Positions 1 to 12,300 of a stretch of DNA of 64,000 bases are shown here, one piece after another (position 1 is the first letter of the stretch; the number at the start of each line of letters is the position of its first letter). The DNA lies in the NCBI RefSeq assembly GCF_000150275.1, contig NW_002060951.1, positions 1,808,297 through 1,872,296 of the forward strand, read 5' to 3'. A model generated the notes under the pieces. That model was not told where the DNA came from. It saw only the letters and a list, made by a program, of their open reading frames with translations, and made no database searches. The DNA comes from Trichoplax adhaerens. Its lineage: Eukaryota; Animalia; Placozoa. Both the position numbers and the translations under genes were made by a program.

Positions 1-1718
1 CCGGTCAAACAAAGCATTTGGCTTCAATATATTTGGTGGTAGTGATGTTAAGTGTTACCCTTTTTCGGCACTTGAAAGAGGAATTTTTATATCACAGGTA
101 TTACGTAAATATCGATAGCAATTAGTGATGGAGCTATATAAATTAATCCGCATGTTGATAATGCTTGTTCTTGATTTATATCATTAGATCACCCCTAACA
201 CACCGGCTGCAGAGGCTAACTTACGTGTTGGTGACAGAATACTAAAGGTTAGCATATTATTATATATTTTTAATTTAAGATGTTAGTTTATTAACTTCTA
301 TCCCTAAATTTTTTGTGCGACTTATTAAGATTAATGGACTGGAAGTAATTAAAGCAAGTCATTACGTGGCCGTATCGAAGTTATCTCTACTTGGTAATAA
401 GCTATCATTAGTCGTTAGACATGATCTGCCACCAGCAGGCTTAGAGGTATTGCCTGAAATCAAATTGTTGCTTATAATTGTCCTCTTTAGTGCTTTTATA
501 TATACAGATAACCGTAGAGCATTTCTGTCCTTTTCATTATTAAATAAGCTAACGGATTGTTTGTATACCTTTGGTTGTGATGATAGATGATAAAAATGCA
601 AAGAGAAAACGTTGAAGAACTTGGTTTAACTGTTTCTGGTGGAACTTTATCTACTGGTGGTAATCCCTTCGATGAAAATGATGATGGTATCTTTGTTACA
701 AAGGTTTAAATACTATATAATATTAACTATTAACTTTGTGTTCATGTGGTTAGTGTAGATAAAAATACTGACAGTCGTTCCTTCTAAACACATACAGATT
801 GGTAATGGGTGTATCGCCCGTGATGGTAGAGTGAAGCCTGGAATGAGACTGATGGAAGTAAGTGGACTAAATGAAAACTAAAATTTTATCTAAGACTTAG
901 GATCTAACGAATAGGTTCCTTAATATACGTATTTTAGGCAAACTTCAACTCCCTTCTTGGTATTACAAGAGCCGAAGCTCTGAGAATATTGAATAATTTG
1001 AGTGATACAATAACTTTAGTGGTTTGTCATGGTTTTGATCCAACGCGATTGAATGCAGGTATGTAACATACTTTCATACTGTATATAGATGTAAATATTG
1101 CAGATGTTATAATTAGATAAGCATAATATGGTATTCAATATTTCGATACTTGCTTGAAATGATCACTTCTATTAATGTTAAAATATATTAATAGCTAGCA
1201 TCGTTGTTAATAGACTGTATGTAATGTGTAATATCATTTCAGATGATAATTCCGCTGCACAAATTCCAGATAATGCAGTTAAAGAACCTGATGTAAGTAT
1301 TATATCACAGCTGTAATCGCCAATCCTAAATTTATAAAGCTAAATACTTTCATAGAAATATAAATCGACATTAAAATTTGAGATCTCATTCTGAATGCTT
1401 TCCTACTTTTATTAGGTGGACCTCGAGGAAGTGCATATTTCTGAAGCTAATGATATGACACAAAAAACTGTAGAGAAGTTAGACGAAAAGGAAGTAATAA
1501 ATCGACAAGAAGATGTTGATAGCGAAATAGAAAATGCAGAGAGCGTAGATGATCGACACTCGACCAGTGTATCCGGTGAGAATCGGCTGTCGACACTATC
1601 TGATAGTTCTGGAACACACTCAGATCCTTCTTCAGAATCTGATAATGAAAGCGTAAAAAATGATATTGATACCGGTAACAACGATGATAACAAAGTGCCA
1701 AAAGAAGAGATCGAATAG
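1..1718 (+). CDS. SCRIB: Scribble-like (LAP family) PDZ protein, 3' part (PDZ3-PDZ4 plus acidic tail); 5' end lies outside the window
   Basis: GT-AG exons <1-97, 188-247, 330-446, 587-703, 798-857, 938-1058, 1243-1292, 1416-1718 join in frame: AFGFNIFGGSD..PF..ERGIFISQ|ITPNTPAAEANLRVGDRILK|INGLEV..LSLVVRHDLPPAGLE|..LGLTVSGG..GNPFDENDDGIFVTK|..ARDGRVKPGMRLME|..SLLGITRAEALRIL..TITLVVCHGFD. This matches the Scribble PDZ3-4 tandem as recalled. Confidence 0.88.
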
Positions 1719-3243
1719 TAAAGTCTTAAAAATGGGACAATGATTTCGTAATAATTATATTAATTTTCACGGATTGGTAATGACCTCTAACAATTATCTA
1801 AATTACCTTGAGGTAACATTGAAAGAAAAGTAAATTACTCACTATGGAAGTGTATTGTCATTCTTTATAATTGCATGTACTGAATTGTCTGTTTTAATAT
1901 TATTATGTATTATTCATTTATCACGATCATTTTTATTATCGATGTATTGTAATTTCATACCTATTAGCTATTCGCCTTGCTGCTGTGGAAATTTATCATA
2001 GCACGAATGCGTTGACTGGCTGACGAACTGATTCTGTTTCATTTGTTTTGTATTGCAGTATATATTACGCAGAATTGCTAATAACTGATTGTTATTCATG
2101 AATACAATATGTATTGAACAGTGTAGAAAAGAGTTATTTTATTATGGAATATTTCTAAGAGCGTTAGCTTACTTATTACTTCAAGCTTATGCTTTTATGT
2201 AGTACATTTAACCTATTTGAAAAATTTTTCAGAAATTTTTTCTGGCTTTGGATAATCGGGATTCCTGAGGCGGTTATCTAGACATCTTTTAAACTAATCA
2301 TTCAAAGGCTATCAACCGCTCCATTTATTTACAGTGATTCCTTGTTTTTACTTACAATTTTGCGGTCTTTATTAAATTAGTCATGGAGGATTTTAACTAG
2401 CAATGTTTAAAAATTATATAAGCGTATTTGATGTATATATAAAAATATATATACACACTGTATAATGGATTAATGACATAGCTACCTGTAAGCATTTGTA
2501 CAGTTAACAATTATTACTAAAACTGATTTTTATTCATCTTTGTAAAGTACATGGATTGTTAATAGTTATTATATAGTATTGAGCTATTGGTATTACCATA
2601 GTAGTACTTTTATTGCATTAATGGATAATATTCTATACCTTTTACCTATCGCATTCATTCAGAGGGTGAAAAACTCTATACAGCGTTATAACCTCTGAAA
2701 AAATCTGTATTACAGGGAAGCATTTATGTTGAGATGATTTTATCACTTATCAGTTTTAACTACTCTCCAACGTTAACATACGCTTGGATGTATGTAGATT
2801 AAGATAAATTTGATCGGGATCAATCGCTCATGCAATCGTAATAAAATCTGATTGTTTATTCATTATTAATGTCCATTCGGATAAGGCTACATTCAGTCTT
2901 ATAACAAGCCTTTAAGAATATAAAGCTAGATACTGTTCAGATCAGATGTTAGGTAACTATAGCTTGAGGTAGTGCTACAACAACATCAACAATGGGCATG
3001 ATAAAATGCTACTATAGATTGGGTAAATACATTACTTCTCATCGGCAATCCATATGAAGAGATTCATTTAGATCCAACGCAATCGAATATACCATAACTA
3101 TCAGGAATAGTAGAGATTATTATAAAGTGAAAACTTTTATCAGCAAGTCGTACTTAATAATCACTTTCCCCGCCGACCTCCCAATTTGAGGTATTTTAAA
3201 TCATCGATTCAAAGTATCAGTCATAATATTTCGATTCTAAGTA

Positions 3244-4505
3244 TTACCATAATTTAAGAATTTCCTTACTGACAATATTAGCTATATGTTCTGAAAATTT
3301 AATTACAAAAGCATGAGGAGCGTTCTCCGAGTCGAGAACTATTTGACCCTGGGGAAATTTATCTACAAGATCTTGGTAGTAAGTTTGAGGTGCCCATTCA
3401 TCATTAGGACCATAATGAAAATGTAAACGATCAAGATTTGCTCGAATTCCGTCCATATCTAGATTGACAACCTAATACGCACAGATAGGGTAATAAGAAT
3501 GGTTAATAATTCACAGTGACACAAAATTTATAGTGATGTCGAATTAATCAATAACCATTACTAGTATTCTTCAGTGCTGCGCATAAAATTAGTACAGCCA
3601 AACGGCATTGAAGATAGAAATATCACTAGATTACTTAATTTGTTTCAATTTCTTTGCATTACCTCTCGAAATTCAGTATTAGCCATGTATAGGCAGTTGG
3701 ATACGACATCCTTATTTATTAATCTGCTGGTAGCTTCAACACAATATCTATCTGCATTGGTAGCTATACGTAATTAGAAAATAATTGTAAATACGCAAAT
3801 ATGACTAGCAGTAGACATATCAAAACCCATGTATAAGCGTATGTATTGGAATGATGCAAATCACTGAATAAGAAATTAGCTTAAATTTACGTTTATTTTA
3901 AATCATGACATCGATATACCTTCAGGATAATGATACCAACGAACAAGCCCTTCAAGAAATGATCTTGGCAGACAAGAAACTAAGAAGCAACCCCAAACCA
4001 TAGAGGCTCGATAGAATTTGCTAGCAAACTTGGGAACTAATCTAACACCATTTGGAGAAACTGCCATACGTTCAATAGTTGGAAAAAGTAAGAATGACTT
4101 AATAACCCTTGCATAAGGTAGCGACTTTGTTAATTCGATAGCGATATGAGCACCAATTGAATGGCCTATTAGTATTAAATTGGCAGAATCAGGAATATAT
4201 TGCTTTACATAGTCAAGTTTGTGTTGTATCTGTTGGCTAAGAGTATAAACATCTGTTTCTAAACCAGAATGGCCAGCATGATCGACACAATCGATCGATA
4301 AGCGGCAACCAGTAGCTTGAAATAATCGTATAGCAAAAGTAATATAGTAATCGCAAATGCCAGGATTACCAGGAATGATGAGAATACGTTTATCTCCCTC
4401 TCGATTTGCATTCACTGGTGATAATGTAAAATATTTCGTTGGTATCTTGCCAGTATAGCAAACTGATCGAGTTAGGTTATACAATTGCCTGGTTGTATCA
4501 GTCAT
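3244..4505 (-). CDS. LDAH: Lipid droplet-associated hydrolase (alpha/beta hydrolase, C2orf43 family)
   Basis: Exons 4505-3920, 3763-3663, 3471-3244 (GT-AG, phases consistent). Motifs IIPGNPG, GHSIG nucleophile elbow, LLFPTIERM, YGPNDEWAP, PHAFV. Confidence 0.93.
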
Positions 4506-5421
4506 GATCGTTTGTTGGCTATGGTACGATCTTCCAACGCGTATTCTACTAAGCGTAAGAAAAGATGACCTAGCTGAAAGAGTTCTAGAGAGTGAAATTT
4601 TGATACTAAGTAGATGAATATCGGGCTAATGACTCCGTCTAATTGATGAAATAAAAAATATCTAATAATAATTTATAGATATGTACAGTAATAACGATCA
4701 TTAATTAATAGTCGAGTAAAGTAAAAAGGTCATCGAAATTTTACTCTGTCAGTATACGACCTGCGCATGGTTCGGTAGATGACGGTATTTCCTAATTCTC
4801 GATGCTGTTTGAAACCTTTTACTAGATGTCCTGTTTGGGTACCTATACCGTAGTATCTTAGCAAGGCGGCACGGGGGTCATCGGCCATCTCTCTCTATCA
4901 TTCATTTGTTTGAGTACTTTGCCACGTCAAATTAAGCAGAGGTACTACAACTCTAGGTTACACTAAAATCCTGAATACGCGGTCTGTCCATTTCTACTGA
5001 ATTCCATGACCTATGACGTAAAAAATGGAGGAGCATTCATCCCGCTGCTCAAAAATGGAGAATATCGACTGTAGAAGCTTTAATATATCATACACGTCTT
5101 GAGACTCTTAATTGTTCACCTCTATTCAAATGCAGGGATAAAAGAACAGCTACTGTAGAGTAGTTGCAGAATACTGTAGTAGTAGATTATGATTGCTGCT
5201 TCTGGTATGATTGTACACAGCAAGTTTGTAGACATAATTGCACTGCAGCTGTACTCAAGATAGTGAATGGAGTAATGTAAAGATCGAATAAGAAATATTC
5301 AAGACATGCTTTATTAGATAGTCATAGCTCAACTACTACTAAATAAAAGGAGAACTTGTGCTCTTTTAGCCGTTATGCGCTACTTTAGACTAGCAGTACC
5401 TGTTTCCCTCCCTACAGAAAT

Positions 5422-5725
5422 GTCATAATTTAATGGGAGTATTGAACTGCCAGGGACTCCTACTACATGTAGTCCCTCTCATCTCTCTTTCGTCATAATT
5501 GAATGGAAGTATAGAACTGCCAGGGACTCCTACTACATGTAGTCCCTCTCATCTCTCTTTCGTCATAATTGAATGGAAGTATAGAACTGCCAGGGACTCC
5601 TACTACAGCCCCTCTCATCTCTCTTTCGTCGTAATTGAACGGAAGGATTGAACTACCAGGGACTCCTACTAGAGTCCCTCAGAGTCTCTCTTTCGTCATA
5701 ATTGAATGGAAGGATTGAACTGCCA
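5422..5725. repeat. Minisatellite, ~4.4 copies of a 66-70 bp unit with an internal hairpin
   Basis: Units start at 5422, 5492, 5562, 5628, 5695: GTCATAATTGAATGGAAGTATAGAACTGCCAGGGACTCCTACTACATGTAGTCCCTCTCATCTCTCTTTC. Confidence 0.95.
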
Positions 5726-5824
5726 ACTAATCTTGATGTTGTACACTGCTTTCTCTTTTCAAAATCGATGATTTCTAGCGACTACCTTTTAAAGTCCATC
5801 TCGTCTCTCTTTCGTGGCCTCTTC

Positions 5825-5945
5825 TGGGGATTGCAAGCCGTGGGGAATTTGTTAACCGGGTACCCCGTTTCATACCATCAATATAAAAATTGTCCGGGTA
5901 CCCGGGTATGGAAGCCTCAGTATGGAAAGCCGGGTGCAATCTCTA
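5825..5945. mobile_element. Short hAT-like MITE relic
   Basis: Imperfect 11-bp TIRs TGGGGATTGCA / TGCAATCTCTA; flanks GCCTCTTC and GCCCCTGC match at 6/8, as expected for a decayed 8-bp TSD; GC-rich internal palindromes CGGGGTACCCCG and CCGGGTACCCGG. Confidence 0.55.
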
Positions 5946-6316
5946 GCCCCTGCCTCCCTGGTCCTACTGTTATTGAGTAGTCCAGTAGTCCAGTAGTCCA
6001 TGATATATTGTCTTGCACTGCAAAGCTTACAGGCTACAGTATAAGTTTTCCGTCACTGTTTGAGTAAGTCAGTCTAGTATAACAATCTGTATCCAATACA
6101 CTTAACTAATATCGGTATTTTAATACCGTTCCAGACACATAAGTAGATCCACCGGATACGCGCATCGATTGACTGCGATGAGGTAACTTGTGTTGTTTCA
6201 TTCCCATTTGCCATTACTTCAAGAGAGGAGGAAATCCTGCCTGTGCAATGGACATTATGATTTCTTACTAACTTCTAGTTTACCAATCCATCCCGTTAAA
6301 ACTGTTATAGTAGAAT

Positions 6317-9300
6317 ATGGCTTTATTACAGGTATATTGCAATAAAAACGAATGGATAAAACCGCTTGAATGAGAATTAAATGATATAGTTACACTACAC
6401 ACTTGCTAGGATGATGTACACGTAGTCCAATAAATTCTAAGGGTACAGAGTAGTTGTTGATCTCAGGTGAACAGCAAGTATCACGTTTTCCTGTGCTACA
6501 TTGGTAGATTTGAACTTATCTTGCGACTATTTCAATAACTTGTTTTTCTTATAGTGGCGTAGATTTACATTCTTTAATAAAGAACAAGTGAAAGATGAAA
6601 ATGGTGCTACATTCGATAAGTTAAAGGTAAATGTTGTCATGTAGCCAATGACTAAAGCATCACAACAACGTCACGTTTAACAGGACTACTGGACGAGGAG
6701 AATTTATCGTTTACATCCACTTTGTACAGTATTGACAACTTTAAAAAGTGCCTGAAAAAAAATGGAATAGTTACTTTTAACCTTATAAATCTCTAAATTT
6801 CTTTCTGATTGTACTTTGAAGTAGCTTGACGCTAATACTATTTTATGCCTTGCTTTATCAAATTACTATTTGTTTGTACAAAGTGCCTATTACAGCGAGG
6901 TAGCACTTTCTACTATTCATAATTCTACATTTAGCTACAGTAACTGTACAACAACTGCCCTACCCTACATTATATAGTATGTTCGATAGCCAGATTAGTG
7001 TACAAGCTTCAACTAGATCTACCAATGCAAGTAAATTGCAAATGACTAAAGTACTACAGTAGACTGCAGCAGTATACAGTGAAACAGAGTGCCATCGTAT
7101 AGTTCGGCAATAATGAACCAAGTTAAATCCCCTCATGAGGCATTAAATTTCTTATCTATTTCTTCTCTGTGTTTAATGATTAACAAATTATTATATTTCA
7201 TCCTATTTTGAAAATAATTAATTACTCTAGGATGTGAGAATATCCACTTGCGCTAGTGGAAGAGGACAACTACTTTTTGGAGATATCCTTTAAAGTTAAA
7301 TCAATATACAGTACAGTATACATACATGAAAATTCGATAGTTGGTTGTAATGAAATGCATAGGATTGCAACCCTACTAATATGAAAGAGTATCTATGCAG
7401 CATTTACTGTATACTTATGTGCGATAGTAGACGGACTGTATTGTACTTTTTGTAATGTGATACAACCTCGTTAAGGTATATATATACACGTAGTTATATC
7501 TAATCATTGCACTTCAATTTTATTTGCGATATTACATATATCTGTCCGTGATATCTTTCTTAAATAAATGTTATAATCATCTCCTTAACGATATTCTCAC
7601 ATAATGAAGGAACAGTTTACGTTGTTAGCAGGGAGTTGAATTGCTTTCTATTTCGAGCCTATGATATATGCATCGTTCTGATGCATCAGTTAAAGTCGAG
7701 AAATATTTTAATCACTATTGGGGTAAGTAAGCGATATCTATTTGACTTCCAAAACATTAAGACGATAACTAAATCAATAACAACTTTATTTAATAGCTTG
7801 ACCAAATCAATGTTTATCCCTTAATCAAAATGTGGGATTTCGACAAGGTTAGCTATTCAACTCTTAAATCCTTACCATATTTTATTTTGTGCTTAATTTG
7901 TTACTAAAATAATCATTTCATGACGTAAATATGCTAGCTCGATGACTGTGGAATTCCGGCTTGTTGCAGAAGCATGCCAATGGTTGTCGATAAAACGCCT
8001 GTGCCTGTAAGTTTATTAAATATGAGTCCAATAATACCGTTTCCGCCTAAAACGACAATCGAAAATATATTATTCGATGCAGGTAACTTGCCTTTCCGCT
8101 CTTGATTCCTTATCTCACTTGGCAATTGGATTTGCTAATGGTTCTGTTGTACTTCTACATGGTGATGTCATGATCGAAAAGTAGGCGTAATACTGTACTA
8201 TATTTTATGTTTAATTTGTATATGGCTGATGCTCATCTTGTTATGTGAAAATAGCAGATGAATCTATTTTAAAAGAATTACTCATGTAAACTTATCATAT
8301 TATTATTTAGATATTGCAAATCAAGAGTTGTCCATAGCGATAGATATCCTGTTACAGGTTCGGTGTCAATCATCTAATAAATGAAAATGATGGCCAATTG
8401 CTTCAGAGTACCGTCAAGATTTCCTTATAAATGAATGATCTCATATTTGATAAATATTTTTAGGCGTCGTTTTGAAAAAGTCAGATAAACAGATTGTGGT
8501 CTTCATAGCTACAACAGACTCTATCATATCTTATATTATATCACATAAAGATCATAAGGTACAAATTTTTTATACTAATTCGTAAGATCTGTAATATTAA
8601 AGGAATTTAGTTTGGCTCTAGCCAGGAAGATGAGCTATGCATACCATCTAATGAATAGCATGTTGTCATATTGAAAAACCTACGAAGTGAAATCCTTTTT
8701 TTAAATAGACTATGTTAAGTGCTGAAGGCTGTCAGCTTCGATGTTCTATACTAAGTAGTCCACTTCAAGAACAACAGCTAGTTGTAGCTCGAAACGAAGT
8801 ACGTATTTTAAACTTTTGATTTTTCATTAAATTATTACAATTAGAAGATCTAGAAAATGATTATTATTACTACAGGCATTATACTTCTTCCAAACTGATG
8901 AAAGGGGACCCTGCTTAGCTTTTACCGGTATGTATTATATCCATGTTATGAATAGCATACGTACAATAATTGTTCTTTCTTGAATTGAATTTATATTTTC
9001 GGTATTTTGCCTACAAAATATACGGCTCTATAATCTTTGCAACTAGGCGAGAAAGTATTCCTGAGATGGTTTAGGAATAGTTACCTCATTGTAGTTAGCA
9101 AGGAGACTAAGGCATCTCTTCCTAGAAGTGCTGGGTATTACGAATGTATATTTTTAAATAGTATAAGTTAACTTGACCAAAATTAAAATCTTTCAAATGC
9201 AATACTTAATGATGTATCATCTTACAGCCAATTATCCTTATGCTAATGCTTAATAATTCTATAGGGGTACTGTACGTTCTACTTATATGCTAACCATCTA

Positions 9301-12300
9301 TGATATCGTGAATAAACTCATAGGTAAAAATTAAAAAAATTAGATATTGTTCTCGGTACACTTCTCACTCGATACCGATGTACAGTATTAATCCATTATA
9401 CCTTACTTAAACTACAGCTTTCTCGGCACCATTTGTTGAAATTACTGATGTTTTGATCGAGTGGGGTTCCGTTTATGTTGTATTAGGGGATAATACAGTA
9501 AGAAGTTGCTGTAATCTTGTTGATTTTATATAATAGTAGTTGTTAATTATTAATTGTGTTATCTTTTGTGGCAAAGATTTGTAGCTTGGATGAGAAAGAC
9601 CTTCAAAATAAGTTGGATATACTATTTAAGAAAAATTTCTACAGTATGGCAGTTAGGTAGGTATACTTTATCCTTACGAACTCGTTACTAAACGCTATTA
9701 TAGTTCATATACTAATCTTATTTTACTACTTGCAGCTTAGCAAAAAGTCAAAATTATGATGCAGAAGGCTTAGCTGATATCTTTACGCAATACGGAGATC
9801 ATTTATACGGGTATATTCTTGCATGGCTATTATAATATCTTAGCCGAGATTCGTATGACGTATTAAATTACAATTAATACCTCAAATTTGCACTATTTCG
9901 AAAACAGTAAAGGCGATTATGACGGAGCAATCTCACAATATTTGAAAACAATTCGATATTTGGAACCATCATATGTTATTAGGAAGGTGTGATTATTTCT
10001 TATCATTATTTTTATTGGTAAATTTGTAAGAAAACATAATTATCTTTCATACCTAAGTATTTCAGTAATATTTTTTATTAATCCTTTCAACAGTTTCTCG
10101 ATGCTCAAAGGATACATAATTTAACTTTATATCTAGAGGTTAGCCAATAAATGTAATTAACATAATTCTTAATCAAGATGTAATTTTTGACCGTATCGGC
10201 AACCCTTACCGAGAATCATCACTTATTTTGCTGCGGTAGGAGCTTCATGAGCAGCAATCAGCAAACTCTGATCATACGACCCTACTTTTAAATTGCTATA
10301 CAAAATTAAAGGATGTTAACAAGCTCGATCAATTTATTATGGTATAAAGGTTTTGAAAGATACTTAATAAAAGCTTAATCTTTTTATTCCTTAACACAGT
10401 TTTGTTACGTATTCAATAGACTGATAAAGAACTAAATTTCGATGTTGAGACTGCAATTAAGGTACGCTGTTCATTACAAAACTTTGTGTTGCTATGCTTA
10501 TATTTAAATCAAAATGATCGAAAAAATTTGTTGCTAAAATTTTTTAATATCGTTGTATTCGTCTATGTAGGTATGCAGACAAGCGGGCTATTATAAGCAT
10601 GCAACGTACCTAGCCAGGCGATGCAAAATGCACGATTGGTGAGTAATATTTTACCAAAATACTATAATTTTGTTGTCTTAGCATGAAATTACTTTGATTT
10701 AGGTATTTAAAAATCCAACTTGAAGATACAAAAGACTATGATAACGCCCTTGGATATATAAAGAGACTGCCTTCTGACGAGGTTACTTATGCCAACTATT
10801 TCAATCATGTTATTCGAGTATATTTAGGCTGTCATGATAATAATTTTAGAACTTATACGTTTTACGTATATATTTGACGTTCATTAGGCACAGAGTAAGC
10901 TCAAAAAGTATGGGAAAATGTTAATAACATTTAAACCGAAGGAAATAACGGATTTTTTAAAGACGTTTTGTACCAGAGCCAAATCTCCAGGTTCAATATT
11001 TTTATTAAAGGCAATTTCATAACAGTTGTTTTATTTTTATTAATACTTATACTCACTATATCTACTATCTATTTTCGGATTTGCTAGATGGTGGTAAAAA
11101 AACGTCACCCGAATCCTTTATCCATATTTTTATAAACCATAATAAGCAATTAATAGAATTTCTGGAACATCTAATGCGTGCACAAGGCCCCCTTCCTACA
11201 TCTCTATGCAATACACTACTAGAATTATATTTAGAAGAAATGGACAAGGAAAACGATACTGCGGTATCATCAAAGTGATTGAGTGATTTACTTTGCTTGA
11301 TAATTGTATTGAAGAGTATGATATCTGCTTACGATTTAGGTAAAATCAAAGCTTGAGAAAGATGCTATTAGCCTACTTACGAACCATGAGGTACCATATA
11401 TGAAATGTTATTTGATGCGTACAATAGTCTTGATATGTTATTAAGCTAGTATCCATATTGAAAAATCTTACAAATTCCATTATAGGCAAGATACAACGTT
11501 GATCACGCAATGGTTCTTGCTCAGATGCATAATTTTAGAAAAGCGGTGTTGTACCTATTTAAGAAAGCACAGTTGTACGTATAATTTTAGATCATCGCCT
11601 TAATATCTTGCAAAACTAGTATATAATATAGGCACTGTTAATTAGATATCAGCCCATTCTTCGCTATCAAATGGAAGGTAACTGCTATTCAGATATAATT
11701 GCTCTTTGCAAGGAATTTGGGTAAGTCTTTTGTTAAGTAGAAATGTTTTTTATTAACTACTTCATCTTTTAATCAACTTGAGGAATCTAATTCGTAACAT
11801 AGTTTATCATTTGTATTTGTATTGACTAGCAATAATGATCCTAGTCTTTGGACGCAAGCTCTTACTTACTTTGCTGATAAAGAGAATTGTAAGGATCACG
11901 TAGCTGAAGTCCTCTCTCATATCCTAATGTCACAAAATTTAACTTATTATTAGTATAACTGGTAATTACACCTATACCGTACTGTAATCTGGATTCGATG
12001 TAGTTTTCTTAACTATTGTTTACATATCGAGAAGAGAAATCTTTTGCCTCCTTTGTTTGTTATACAAGCTTTAGCACGTAATTCAACAGCAACTGTTTCG
12101 ATCATAAAGGTACCAAATCCGATTTCGATCCTTTATATAAATTTTCCGATGCTGCTTTATTTTGATAATGAGATTGTTTGAATGCCAAATTATGCATGCG
12201 TCACACCGATGGCTAGGATTACATGATCCGTCGTTTACAAAAAGAAAATGCGCAAATTAGTGAAGATGAAAGACTTGCTAAACAATACCAGGAGGAGACA

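Noticed and set aside
5422-5725. CRISPR-like appearance (repeats with a palindrome)
   Set aside because: The whole unit is repeated with no unique spacers; the context is eukaryotic and there are no cas genes.
7360-7376. TAGGATTGCAACCCTA, resembling collapsed TIRs of the 5825 MITE
   Set aside because: Too short and imperfect, with no TSD.
8344-8351. ATATCCTG resembling a U12 5' splice site
   Set aside because: It lies inside a VPS11 exon encoding RYPVTG; the normal GT donor at 8358 keeps the frame.
10342-10419. TTCCTTAAC (U12 branch consensus) in a VPS11 intron
   Set aside because: The donor is GTATAAAG, not GTATCCT, and the motif is 24 nt from the acceptor. Treated as a U2 intron; a converted relic cannot be shown.
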